64,000 nt of DNA from Octopus sinensis (GCF_006345805.1 NC_043006.1:39556001-39620000); one strand, 5' to 3'. Numbered from the stretch's first letter, positions 1 to 13,043 are shown. A program made the numbers and translations. Notes: generated by a model from the letters alone, not told the origin.

Positions 1-89
1 CAACATATATATACACACACACATATATATATATATACACATATATATGTATACGCACAATATATATATACACACACATATATATATAT

Positions 90-130
<41 letters not shown>

Positions 131-131
<1 letters not shown>

Positions 132-230
132 CAGACTTCTTTCAGTTCCCATCCACCCAAGGAGCCATGCGGTAGGATTGAATCGGGAGTCATATGGTTG
201 GGAAGCGAGCTCCTTACCACACAGTCACGA
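131..230 (-). mobile_element. Degenerate 5' part of tRNA/CORE-type SINE (family B)
   Basis: Similar to the reverse complement of the family B head (cttctttcagtt...gggaagcgagctccttaccacacag) seen in full at 30838-31276. Confidence 0.5.
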
Positions 231-563
231 CAAACACTGAAAATGTCTCCAGTTTCGTAAGGAACTGAGGAATTAATAATATCTTGTTCTCGATTACGCA
301 TAAATGACTTTTACTCACGCAACCGCTGTATGATTTGCCTTTGCAGTTGTGATCCATTTAAATTTTCCATAGCTTATAACTTTCTCATTAGATACAAATT
401 GTATTCTTATATTAATCTGGAACTGTAGTTAATTCAATATATGAATGATTGGCTGTTTTTTTTTATATCTGTTCTTGATTGTGACTATAGTTAACTCGAT
501 ATATATCAGTTTGCCTATATTCTATGACACATTCTTGAGCAGGTATTTCCTGTGAAGGAACAA

Positions 564-564
<1 letters not shown>

Positions 565-646
<82 letters not shown>

Positions 647-652
647 TGTGTG

Positions 653-683
<31 letters not shown>

Positions 684-810
684 TATATATATATATATAC
701 ATATATATATACACACGCATATATGATATAATACCATATATATTTACAAATGTACATACGTACATATATATCTACACACATATGTATGTGTGTATGTATG
801 TATGTATACA
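565..810. repeat. Compound (TA)n/(TG)n/(TATG)n microsatellite
   Basis: Direct sequence; accounts for the YI/CV-rich ORFs. Confidence 0.95.
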
Positions 811-1203
811 GATGAGGTGCACTCTGAATGCCGAGTAATACAGCGGAGGTAACTATATCCGCACAGCGTCTGGCAGGATTGGAAATTTTATGGTAAACGT
901 ACTGGAGGACTATGTTTTTCTTTAAGTTTTTGCAGAAATGTTTGCAGGAACTTTGATATTCATTCCGTTGAAACGTAGAAGCACACACACACACACACAT
1001 GCATACAAGTATGGGTAAAGCAAACGGATAAATATGTACAACTGAACGTACAAAATGCACATAAAAGCTACATCAAAGGATATTTGGAAATATGCACCAG
1101 AAACACGTGTCGGATTGGAATTTAATGTGAATTAAATTAAAATTATATTTAAAAAAAAAATTTTTAAGATATATAATTCTCCATTCTTCTTTATGAAGCC
1201 TTG

Positions 1204-1273
<70 letters not shown>

Positions 1274-1275
1274 TA

Positions 1276-1478
1276 ATCATTCGCCATGATAGATCGCTAG
1301 CCACTACATATTCTTTATTTTCTCTCCTTTTTTTCTTTCTGTGTTCCTTTCTGTGGAAGAGCGTAGGATCGAAACGTTAAAGACTTCTCCACTTCCCGAG
1401 CGTTAAACTAATACATCTGTTTGTTGTCTACACCACCTGTCTTTGTCTTTTGAATTTTTTTTGTGTATTCTCCCTATA
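1276..1478 (+). mobile_element. ~200-bp hammerhead-bearing repeat (family HHR-B; PLE pLTR/retrozyme-like)
   Basis: Same unit recurs at 5752, 11368, 28028, 51081 and 55312, with shared 5' (attcgccatgat) and 3' (ttttgtaaattc-like) ends and an internal HHR-like core. Confidence 0.75.
1347..1384 (+). ncRNA. Minimal type I hammerhead-like motif with variant core CUGUGGA
   Basis: cttt-CTGTGGA-A-gagc gtag gatc-GAAA-C-GTT-aaag: stem I cttt/aaag, stem II hairpin with one mismatch, palindromic AACGTT stem III, GUU triplet. Confidence 0.55.
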
Positions 1479-1556
1479 GTCAATATGTGACCGCGTGTGT
1501 ATCGTTGGCAATTTTTTTCCTCCGTATTCCCTTCCATGGATCTTTCCTTTTTCTAT

Positions 1557-1591
1557 GTTTCTGACGAAGAGCTCCGTTCGAAACGTTAAAC
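1557..1591 (+). ncRNA. Minimal type I hammerhead ribozyme motif, canonical core CUGACGA
   Basis: gttt-CTGACGA-A-gag ctccg ttc-GAAA-C-GTT-aaac: stem I gttt/aaac, 3-bp stem II, AACGTT stem III. Confidence 0.65.
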
Positions 1592-1691
1592 TCTCCTTCT
1601 TTCTTTCCTTTCCTGAGCGTGCAATAACACTATACTTGTTCCACGTCTTCGCGTTATGTTTTCTCGTTGTGTTTTCATGTTTGGATTAACT

Positions 1692-1739
<48 letters not shown>

Positions 1740-1759
1740 ATATATATGTGTGTGTGGTG

Positions 1760-1790
<31 letters not shown>

Positions 1791-2329
1791 TGTGTGTTTG
1801 TGCGTGTGTCTGTGTGATAGTGTCCATGTTTGTACGTGACGCATGTATGCATGAATAAGACTGCTACTCGACACTTTGTTACACTGAGAGTTTACCAAAC
1901 ACACGCTCAAACGGATATTGACAACATAGAGGCCACAAAATGCCTTGAAATACAAACCATCATTTCACTGAAAACCTTTACTCGAATTAGACCACATGCT
2001 AAAGCATGAAAGATAGTCATGGTGAAGGTTTAATATCCAACTATTAGGTTGTGATACATGTATTTGAACGAGACATCGTACTGAGTTGCATAGAACGTCG
2101 TCGTTAAGGAAAACAAGCTGTTGTTAATTTCTTGTTTATGTATATTAAATATAGCAATTTGCATGATTTAGCTTAATAATCTATGTAGAATAGAACCATA
2201 TAATTTATCATAGTCGTTGAAGAACACCTCATTAGCGACCAACGCTTACTACAGGAAATGTGAATAGGAAAATTAAATGTCAGGTGAATGAACGAGAGAG
2301 CATATGTCAATGAAGCCACAGGAAGTGAC

Positions 2330-3945
2330 GCACTAACCCTTAACGTTTTGTGATAACAACATGCAATTGACCAGCACGCATTAAGGGACTTGAACAATTC
2401 GAATGTAAATATTAGAAATAGCATGTTATGTAAACTATTTAGGTATCACAATGTTTTCTAACATAAACTAAGTTACGACATGAAAATCATAAAGAGAGCT
2501 TGTTGAACGTTTGGAGTTTGTGATAAAACTAAAAATCTATTTGAATTAGATAATGATATGTACAGCAACCTCCTATATATCAATATTATTCGAAAAGCCA
2601 ATTCACACACGTATAACGACATCAATATTGAAGCCAAACATACAATAAACGAAATTAAAACTATACTGCTGTATAGTATGTTTGGCCAAGCGTGTAGCAA
2701 TATCACGTTGAAAGATCTCAAAGGAAACTTCTATTCCACAGCAAACTGCAGATTAATTAACCCAACCAAGAGTAAAATCGGATTAATTATTAAACATATC
2801 ATAAATAATATAAATGTCAAAAACAGGAAAGCTACAGACATTCGACAATTGAATAAATGCTACGAGAGTAGCCAGTTTGTTAAATAATATTAATATCAAT
2901 ATTAATTGTAAGTTCCTGAATTCGAAATTGTTGAATTTTATCGTTTTGTCTCTGAATCTTTACTAACCAGCGCTTTAACATTTGCCAAAGAATATTAAAC
3001 TTTAAACTATAAAGACATATAAACAGCAATGAATGCCAGAAAAACACAACTGTTTCATAGAAATTCCGCATGGATAAATGAGAAGACAATTTAATGCATA
3101 CGATGTTAGTTTGGACTCGTTTGATGATGTTGAGCCATTATAGTGCTATGCATCTCAGACACCTTAAATTACAACCTCAGAACATTAGCTTATAGCGATA
3201 TATAGGGACGATGGATTCAAACAATGTTACCAGTCTATCTATAAAAAATAATGAAAATAGGCAAACTCATAAAAGTTTTAACTAACACAGTTTTTAGAAT
3301 TATTGTATTTTAGTATTATTGAATTTTAGGTGTAATATCAAATTTCAAGACGAATAAATTTCAACAATCAAATAACCTGAATAAAATGTTGATTTACAGG
3401 AATCAGGATTCTAGTCACCTCCAGCATCCTCTTCAAATATTTTATAATTATCATAACGAGAAATATCTCGTTAGAGAAAGAATTACCTGAGTTATCGATA
3501 TACATTATTCTGATAACACCCTAGAGAAAAGAATTTAATGAGGAGAAGCATTTGTTCCCCAAGATTCTTGGGCCAAAACAGAATAATCATGGGAAAAGAA
3601 GTATTATTGCACGTTTAACTCGCTCTTCTCAGTAAAAGTCAAAAGCAATATTTAAACATTACATTCATCGTTCATTGATACACACTTCTCTTTAACCTAA
3701 AGATAACGGGCTTTATTCATTCATAGCACATTCAAATATCATTTAAATAGATCTTTTATGAATGATCCAGCATTTCTGAGATAATACATGGTGTGTATAT
3801 GGAAATAAACAGTCAGCTCACCAGAAACATAACTTCTGAAGTAAAACGGCATTACATCAGTATGTCTTATTTTGGACGATTTCAAAAGCCCTTACTACAC
3901 CTTTCAAAGCAAAAGAAAGAGGAAATGTCAAAACCTTACATTCAT
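2330..3945 (+). mobile_element. Decayed Penelope-like retroelement (RT plus GIY-YIG remnants)
   Basis: ORF 2558-2887 reads ITLKDLKGNF..CRLINPTKSKIG; downstream frameshifted motifs F-(D/E)-IVEFY, DV-(T/S)-(M/L)-(G/D)-SFD and YRDDG, plus a GIY-YIG-like YI..FK segment at ~3850; typical of PLE RT. Confidence 0.8.
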
Positions 3946-4099
3946 ACAATATACATACGTGTGTGTGTGTGTCTTTCTGAAGCAACCAGTACATATATAG
4001 GAAGCTAGAAAATTCGTTGTTGGTCAATCAATTTCCATTATCCAATTCAAAGTATCCCTAGACTAGTTCAATCTGTTAACCTCATTTCAGTTCACAATT

Positions 4100-4950
4100 T
4101 CGGTCGCAGTTCAAGTTGTCATTCAGGAAAACCTCACTTGTTTCGTAACGAAAAAATGCAGTTTGCTATCGAATCGCTGCTGTGAGTTTTTAACTGTCTC
4201 CTGAGCTGGTTGTCTTTAATATACAATCTAAGTAAATTCCGTAGATATAGTGGATGTTTACTTGCGTCAATCGCAATCCTTCTAGTATACACTATTTTGG
4301 GAAATTCTCCAGAATTCTATATGGTTATTTCTCTCCCTAGAATTGTACTGCTTCCAGTCGTAATCCAGTGGCGATATTTGGAAATAGGCTGGTCACGTCG
4401 AAACTAACAACTATCTTTTACATATTTTCTATTCCTGGAACGTGGTTTACGAAGATCATATCCCTGACGAAAATAGAAACTGACTTGTTTAATAGTTGCA
4501 AAATTATGTCCAATAAATTATTTAATCGCTGGGAGTTTGGTGTTGATCGCACAAAACTTGAGCGCAATTTTAAAGCAGATGATTTGAGAACCTTTATCTA
4601 TAGTGTATGGAGATCTTTAAGCTGTTTTGGATATCATTAGATTTTGATATTTCTATAAAAGTTATAATTCAGTTCCATTTTTTGAGTCACATTATTTTCA
4701 AATTCGTAAGTTAATCTATTAATTTTGTTCAGAATATCTCGTATGTGAAAACTCAAGCTGGTTTGGCGAATATATTAATCACAAACAAACAAGAAATGTT
4801 CATCCTGAGTGCATAAGAATTGGAACAGATAATAAAAAGTTTGATATCAGAATAATTTATTCAAAACAGTCATCTTTATACACGAAATCTAAATTTTGAA
4901 TTCTTAAAATCCATTTTGCTTTATATTAAGTAATTTACAGTAATTACTGC
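4100..4950 (-). mobile_element. Decayed Penelope-like RT fragment
   Basis: Minus strand reads IVVSFDVTSLFPNI..GL.LEAV and LKLR......RLNNLLDIILQ (PLE RT motifs), with many stops. Confidence 0.7.
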
Positions 4951-5394
4951 AGTAATAAATTTCAAAATAAGGTTTTATAAATAAATTCTAGTTTTAGATT
5001 GTCATCTTTGTATATGTGTCATTATTACGAACATTCTTTTTTTATGGTGTGTTTAGTAAAATAAAAGAACAAGAAAGGAGGCGGGCAAAATCAGAAAGAA
5101 AATTTGACGGAGGAAAGAAGAGTCATTTTCTCAAAATTTACAGTTTTTGTTTTTTTTCTCCAATACTATATTCCATCATTTGTTATTTCAGCATATTATA
5201 AATAGAAGGCAATCTGTGTATCTTAGTACAGATTTGAATGCCTTGTTTAAACACTATTTAGTAGCTTAGCGGCATTCTAGCTTGGATATTGAGAATGAAT
5301 TCACCTGACAATGAATTGGCTTGCGAAATGCTGGCCGTTCGTTGTGCGTATATCCAGACCATACGAAATAAATGTAGATATAAATATATATATA

Positions 5395-5441
<47 letters not shown>

Positions 5442-5751
5442 TATATATATATATATTTAAGCATGAATTTGAACCGTTGTCCATCTTTCTCTTATTCCTG
5501 TAGAAATATATATATTATTAGTAATGGTAAGACAACAAAAGAATGAAAGAGACCTCGATATTATTTGCATGGAGTTTATTTGTAATATAATATGTGACAA
5601 TTATTCGGTTGCCATAATAAGACTCTGAGTGTAGGAGAGTATAAGAAAGTTCAAGTAGAGTATCCAGGTAGAATAGACCAAGAAAAGTTCGAAGTGTTAT
5701 GAGGTGGAGACAGGATAGAACTGGTGCGACCACGTGAGCGTGTAATATATA

Positions 5752-5825
5752 GTGAGAATTTACAAAAAAAAAAAACAAAAGACGAAGACGGGTGTGTAAA
5801 CAACAAATAGATTAGTTTAACGCTC
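5752..5825 (-). mobile_element. 3' half of HHR-B repeat (ribozyme part absent)
   Basis: gaatttacaaaa...gacgaagacgggtgtgtaaacaacaaa...ttagtttaacgctc matches the other HHR-B copies. Confidence 0.65.
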
Positions 5826-5949
5826 CAGAGAGGGAGAGAGAAATGGATAGATAGGTAGATAGACAGGTAGATAGACAGATGTGTGCGTGTATAGACACAC
5901 ACAGATGTATATACTATATACATAACACACACATACACACACATATATG

Positions 5950-8900
5950 TAGACAAATCCTGATTGCAACTACAGTGATATCAGTTACAGCAGAACATTG
6001 TAATGCACAGGATATACTTAAAGAAAGAGAATGCATTTCATTTGCAGAAAGATGTGGAATAGATTTTCAAATCAAAGAAAACAAATATACTGTAAGCTGC
6101 TCAGAGACGGGAATCTGGGAAAATGAAAAACACCGAGAGTAAGTTATTTTTACCCTTAGAATCCCTATTAAGGATAAGTAAATCAGAACCTAACGAAGAA
6201 CCAAATTCAGAATAAACCTCATACTTCAAGAATTCTAAGCAGAAATCATGCTATTACAACTTGGAGAAACTAAATTCAAACACAAATTCGAAGAACGTGA
6301 CGCCATAGTGAAGAAAGAAATCACCGAACTAACGAACAGAGAGACACGAGGAAAAGCATTATTAGATGTTTGGGAAAAAGACAAGGAAAGGAAAGAAATA
6401 AAATCAAATCTATTATTCTAACTGAAAAGCTGTGGTTACTGGAGTAGGAAGCTAATTACGGAAGCGAATTAGTGAAAAGTAAAAGTGAAACAAAAATTCT
6501 TAAAATAGACGACTTGAGAACAACAACGAAAGCAACCATAACACTCTCCGTAATACTTTACACACAAGATAAATAAATAAACAATGGGTTACACAGCATA
6601 ACCCCTCATATGCAGAAGAAGTAAAAAATATGGACAGAAATTTAATAATTCATAACAAAACAAACTTAACTACCGTAAACACTGACAAGCAATAAGAATG
6701 GAAAGACAAAAGAAAATAGACTGTCAAACCAAAAAAGAAAAAAAAACAGCAAAGATCTACTGAAAACAAACCAACATAGAAGGAAGATGATACAAGAACT
6801 ATAGGAATCTTCCCTTCTAAGGAATAAACTATAAAAACGGTGCAAATGACTCAAAGAAATAAAACATTTTGGCGTGAGCAGGAGTTCCTGACAAAAATGA
6901 AAATAGAAAATTATGATACAAAGACTTAACAAAATTCTGAACCAATTCATCTAAAACTAATAAATTTATCACGAACACCTCATGAAAATTAAATAAATAT
7001 TTGGAATATGGAATTCAGCTGAGACCAAATCCTAAAACCATATCTTACAAACTATACTGAGGAATTTCGGAGAAAATTTCGACTATGGAAATTTTCCAAA
7101 AGAATGGTTACGAAAATACATCTCTTGTAAAAATCATACAGTGGTTTAAACAGCTAATGAACTGAGATAAGTACTTAAAGGAATACAAAACGTGTTTGTA
7201 AAGTTCAGCAAACGTTCCAGTTAATCCTATAAAATAAAAAATTATAAATAAAGAGTAAAAAGCATTTTCATGTCGTCATTAAAAATCCGTCACAGGAGGA
7301 GCCATTGCGATAATGGACAAGATTCATTGCAAAGAAATGGTCTGAGAACAACTAAAAGCCAACTTTCTAGAAAGCGTTAGAAGCCAATATACATTAAGAA
7401 AGAAGGCTGCAAAAAACTGGTAAATTTACAGACAAATCCGAAAACAATATACCGAAAAATGAGTTGAATTAAGTTGAAGTACCTAACTATTTTTGAAGCA
7501 ATAACAATAAACGTATGTGGACTACCGGAAATTCATCAATCTAAAGAAATCCATAGCTGATTAAACTACATCCATACATCATATGTAAAATTCTGGATAA
7601 AAAATACCCATGCAAAATTCAAGAAAATTCCAGAAAGAATTCATACTTATGTGGATTATGACAGGTGCTTAATGATAACTACCTCTTCTTTAATAACTCA
7701 TATTACCATCAAATAAGAAGCAATGGGCACGAAATTAGCAGCCACGTTTTCAAAACTAATAGTGGGATTCCTAGAAGAACAGATCTATGCACCATCTAGG
7801 AATACTTTGATCATCATTTCTAATCCTACTGAAAAGCGATCAGGTAAAGAGTTTTAGATAGCTGTTACATATTTTGAAACATAAGTAAAGAAAAGGGTGC
7901 AAGGTACCCTAAAGTAATATATAACATTCATGAAACGGTCCGATTCATTACGGAAATTAATGAAACGGAACTTTTTTTAAGGACATTTGATGATTGAGAT
8001 AGATTAAATTGTTCAAATAGATATCTAATGCAAGTATATAGTAAACATCAGTAGTTAAATTGTTGTTCATGTCAGCCAAGCTTTATGAAAAGAAATATCT
8101 AATTTCATATAGAAAGAAATATATATTCGATTGTTATTGACTGATGTTGACGGCAGAGATGACTGGTAGAACTAACAATATCCCTTCAATAATAAAACTA
8201 TCCAAATTATGCCTACAAGTAATGAGAAGTATATCAGCCAAATAAGATCGGGTTAGGATATACAAGCAACAAATTAAAAAGTAGAGTAGAGAACATCAAG
8301 TTTTTTGTGCACAAGGAAAATAAAAAATATTCCGTTTCTCTAAATGAGAGGTTCTCAAACTTTTGGGCCACGGCCCCTGCATGGCCACATAATACCCTCA
8401 GCGTCCCCACCCCTATTTTATGTATAAATACCTACTTTATATTTTACTAATTGATATATACTATGAATCATTTGATATTTACTATACTGTTATATAATTT
8501 GTATACAATACTATAATATTATAATTAATTCATAGCGTCCCCCAATCCACTGCCTTCATCTCAACACCTTCTTTTTCTTTAAAAACCCCTCTCACCGTCT
8601 CCTTAAGCACCAGCGCCCATCTGGACCGTTACAATACCCATCAGGGGGCGGGCGGTAGCGCCCACTTTGAGAACCTGTACTCTAATAAATAAATAAAACT
8701 ATCAACTTCGAAAGGCGACATTTGACAACTTCTGAAACTAAACTGGAAATTGTCAGCTATGCTACAGAAAGAACCACCTCTATATAGAGTATCTAACAAC
8801 ACACACGTCTGAAAAGCTGACAATAGCGGAAACTTCAATGCATAAAGTCCATGTCAGTCTGTTACTTAAAGGGAAGCCTATAAGAAAATTTTAAAATTTA

Positions 8901-8950
8901 GAAAGTCTTTTTTCGTACGTTGCGATGATGTCGAAAATTCTTTCTACAGT
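5950..8950 (+). mobile_element. Long decayed Penelope-like retroelement (N-terminal region and RT), interrupted by a hAT MITE
   Basis: Frameshifted motifs INLS....LEYGIQLRPNP, GAIAIMDK, NNYLFFN.SYYHQI..AMGTKLAATFSKLIVGFLEEQIY, and RFITE.NETEL..(FL)D; continues after 8680. Confidence 0.75.
8346..8679. mobile_element. hAT (Charlie-like) MITE
   Basis: 15-bp imperfect TIR gagaggttctcaaac / ctttgagaacctgta; 8-bp TSD ctctaaat (8338-8345) vs ctctaata (8680-8687). Confidence 0.75.
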
Positions 8951-9354
8951 TATCATTAACATGTGTGTGTATGTGTATTTATGTATGAATGTATGCATAT
9001 CCTTGTGTGTATGTGTATATGTACTAAGGTAATCCCAGTTGAATATTACTTATTCGATATAACAGGCAAATGAATGTTCTATTGCTCTTATTTAAATAAG
9101 TATATATATATATATTTATATATATGGGGGAGGGCGGTACCTGCTCCCTCCTATCACATTTACATTCACGAGTGAATATATAACGGGAATATTTACTTGT
9201 CATATTGTAAATCTACAAAACGCCAGTGTAAAAACGTTGATAATCACAAGTTAATTATAATGATAAGAAAACTACGTGTGATAAGTAATTCTTCCTTTAT
9301 AGATGATGCACCTGCTTAATCTCTTACGTAAATGCATAGATATGTGTGCGCGTT

Positions 9355-9436
9355 CGAGATGCACGTACATATATATTTATATATATATATATATATATAT
9401 GTGTATGTATATATATGTATATACATATACATACAC

Positions 9437-9479
<43 letters not shown>

Positions 9480-9881
9480 ATATATATATATGAATTATAT
9501 GCATATATATGCAACACAAACACACGCACATATATATACACCTGCGTAATTACGTACGTATGTTTGTATGTGTATATATATATATATATATAGGTATATC
9601 TGTTTATCTACATACACATATAGATAAATAGATAGATAGAGAGATAGAGAGATAAACATATATACCTATATATACACATAAATACTTACGTACGTAATTA
9701 CGCAGTTGTATATACATGTGTGTGTTGTGTATATATGTATATATATTCATATATATATACAAACACACACATATATATATATATATATATACATATATAT
9801 ATACATATATATATACATACATATATATATATATACATATATGTACATATATATATGTATATATATATATGTACATATATA

Positions 9882-9919
<38 letters not shown>

Positions 9920-9943
9920 CATATATATGTATATATATATATG

Positions 9944-9977
<34 letters not shown>

Positions 9978-10000
9978 TGTTATGTGTGTGTGTGTGCATC
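9355..10000. repeat. Compound (TA)n/(TACA)n/(TATG)n microsatellite field
   Basis: Direct sequence. Confidence 0.95.
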
Positions 10001-10620
10001 TATGAATTCATTTATGAACTTATATGGGAAATTTTTACGCGTTTATTTTTAGATAAGAAGAAATTAGATTAGATTAATGCAGTTAGTTTATTATGTATTT
10101 CTATCCACTTTACCTACGTGTCACATAGAATTAAATTGTTATTACAAATTCAATTTTCTATGTAAGAACATCTGTTTAATAAGATATCGGAATTGATATG
10201 TATGCATACATACATCGGTGTAGTCGATAGCTTGCAAACACACTCACACACATATATACAAACATGCATATGTGAATACATACATATATACAAAGATACA
10301 TACGTGTGTATGTGTGTGTGTGAGAGAGAGAGAAAGGGAGAAAGAGAGAGAAAGAGAGACTAGATAATGTTTTAGTCAAATACACTTTTTCGTCCTGCTT
10401 TACACTTTAAACTTTAATATCGCATATTTGACAATTTTTAAACAAGTTTATAATGGTACTTAGTGTTTATCAACGTGTATGCAGCTTCGTGTACGACATT
10501 CGTTTGCCTAATATGTTATATAATTCCTGTAGTGTAGTTCTTATAAGATGTACGTACATATATGCATACACTTATATACATATATTGTTGTTGTTGTTGT
10601 TGTTATATATATATGTATAT

Positions 10621-10757
10621 ACTCTTTACTCTTTTACTTGTTTCAGTAATTTGACTGCGGCCATGCTGGAGCACCGCCTTTAGTCGAGCAAATCGACCCC
10701 AGGACTTATTCTTTATAAGCCTAGTACTTATTCTATCGGTCATTTTTGCCGAACCGC
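10621..10757 (-). mobile_element. 3' end of family B SINE, truncated by the RTE-like fragment
   Basis: tcttttacttgtttcag..ttgactgcggccatgctggagcaccgcctttagtcgagc matches the family B tail. Confidence 0.85.
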
Positions 10758-11210
10758 AAAAGGTGAGGAGGGTGTTTATTGGACACCCCGCGGGATGAAA
10801 ATAAAGCCCGTCAAAGGGCGGAGGAACTCTTGAGAGTCAACGGCCATCCAATAAATGTCTTAAGGGTGTATCATGCGCGGGGACATAGAAGTAATCGGAC
10901 TGAATACCCGATCGCGCGGTTAAACCATTGGGAGTGAAGGACTCCTAGACTTTGTTAGGGCATCCTTCTAGGAGAAGGTAACTCAGGTAACTGGGATAAC
11001 TCCGACATAAAACCTGCGGCTCAGTGGTTACCGATGATGTTGACTTGTTCTTCTTTTCGGATTATGGCTGCTGATGCTTAGCGAGTGGGATTGAATCAGT
11101 GCACAGCCTTTCCTCACTTAAAAAAAAACTTCTTGCACAGGCATTGCACGATAACATTGATTAAGCTTCGCGCAATGGCCATAGTCGATAGCGAAGGAGC
11201 AGCAACCATA
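10758..11210 (+). mobile_element. Probable RTE-clade LINE 5'UTR fragment
   Basis: GC-richer interspersed-repeat-like block containing gggcatccttctaggagaaggtaactc, resembling RTE 5'UTR motifs as I recall them; no coding remnant. Confidence 0.4.
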
Positions 11211-11303
11211 TCTATATGTAGGTAGGTATATAAACCTTTGTATATGTATGTGAAAAATATGTGTGTGTGTACACGTATACATATAATACATTCATACATA
11301 CAT

Positions 11304-11334
<31 letters not shown>

Positions 11335-11367
11335 CACACACACACACCACATATATATATATATATA

Positions 11368-11550
11368 TATAGTTGAAAGTTACAGATAAACAGAAGACGC
11401 AGACAGGTGTATAAACAACAAGCTGATGTATTAGTTTGACGCTCGGGAAGGTAAGCTTTTTTACGTTTCGAGCCTACGCTCTTCAACAGAAGGGAACACG
11501 AGGAATTAAACAGAGAGAGAATAAAAACTTTTGGAGTTAGCGGTCAAACA
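11368..11550 (-). mobile_element. HHR-B repeat with hammerhead-like core CUGUUGA (11457-11494)
   Basis: Reverse complement reads cctt-CTGTTGA-A-gagc gtag gctc-GAAA-C-GTA. Confidence 0.75.
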
Positions 11551-12051
11551 GAAAGTAGAGTAAAAAAAAAAAAGCAGAATAAGAAAAAACAGAAAGTTCA
11601 AAAACTTCAAAAGTTTCAGACGTCTTGGTGTATTGGAGCGATTTTTCATCAACGGAAGATTCCAGTGAAATGCATATATGTATCCAGTAGTAATCCGGGT
11701 GGAATACTGGTGTGCTTACTTATATATAACGAAAGAACCTGTTGTTAATATCCTGTTATTTGCATTTGTATTTGTGTAACATTTCTCCGTTTTTTTCGTC
11801 CTTGTTTTCGTATACGTTCGCTGCTTTCTTCCAAGGAATCTAATGCTCTTAGATTAGTTTTTCCTTGGGGCTGGCCAGATTGGAGCAATATCGAATATAA
11901 CCAGTCAAAATTGCAAAGATAATCTGGAACTCGACTGAGGAAAGAAAACTCCGAATGACCCGTCCTTGTTATTCCTTGTCTCTATTTTGTATCATCTATC
12001 TAGTTGTCTTGCGTTCTTGTCCCATTTTTGTATTCCTTTATACATATATAT

Positions 12052-12085
<34 letters not shown>

Positions 12086-12440
12086 ATATATCTACCTACA
12101 TATATGTATAAATAATTGCATTTGGGTGCTACTTTTCTGTTGACGCTATTATGATCATCCACGTGATCAGGTTATCAGAAGATATTAATACTTAGAAAGC
12201 CTCTTATCTGACACGCGTGATTAAAATCCGCAACAATACGCAGATATTCTGCAACCAAAACCTTGGAGAACATAGCGAACAAATACTTTTATTTCATTGA
12301 TTTGCAATTGTTTCATCAAACATCAATCTTATTCGCATTGTTATATTATTCAATAACATAAGTAACCTTTAGCAGAGAGATGTCATAGACACAATATCGC
12401 AGACCGATCTACAGAGTCATGGATAAATACTCTCTAGTCA

Positions 12441-12564
12441 TGATTCTGATGAATCGATCTTTGGTATTCTATCTATGACAACTTATGTATTAATTGTTGC
12501 GCATATTATTGCATAATACAGCAATGCTCATGAGATCGATGTTCAGTGAAACAGCTGTAGATCA
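12441..12564 (+). ncRNA. Hammerhead motif with extended stem II (one arm apparently 7 nt deleted)
   Basis: tgatt-CTGATGA-atcgatct...agatcgat gttcagt-GAAA-CAGCTG-TA-gatca; stem I tgatt/gatca; palindromic ACAGCTGT stem III. Confidence 0.55.
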
Positions 12565-12647
12565 ATAAAATAAAAGGACCAGCTCACTCCAGTTTGCTTG
12601 GTTTTAATTACACACACACTCAAACACACACACACACATATATATAT

Positions 12648-12770
12648 ACTCTTTTACTTGTTTCATCATTTTGACTGCGGCCATGCTAGAGCACCGCCTT
12701 TAGTCGAGCAAATCGACCCCGGGACTTATTTTTTGTAAGCCCAGTACTTATTCTATCGGTATCTTTTGCC
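12648..12770 (-). mobile_element. 3' end of family B SINE
   Basis: Matches the family B tail; truncated at ttttgccg where the palindrome begins. Confidence 0.85.
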
Positions 12771-12839
12771 GCTTGGATTGTTAGTTACGGCATTCGGCTT
12801 ACGATCGTCAGCCGAATGCCGTAACTAACAATCCAAGCG
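12770..12839. repeat. 70-bp spacerless palindrome (one mismatch)
   Basis: cgcttggattgttagttacggcattcggct-tacgatcgtc-agccgaatgccgtaactaacaatccaagcg. Confidence 0.95.
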
Positions 12840-12893
12840 CCTCTACCATATATATATATAATAATATATATATATATATATATTATATATATA

Positions 12894-13043
12894 CATTCTT
12901 TAAATTCACGGATATTTGTCTTCATCTTGTTTCTTGTTAACACAACGTTTCGGCTGATATACCCTCCAGCCTTCATCAGGTGTCTTGGGGAAATTTCGAA
13001 CCTGGGTTCTCATTCCGAAGGTATTTTTCGATATTATTATTAC

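Noticed and set aside
4464-4480. CTGACGA-aaata-GAAAC
   Set aside because: No stem II, and it lies antisense within PLE RT coding remnant.
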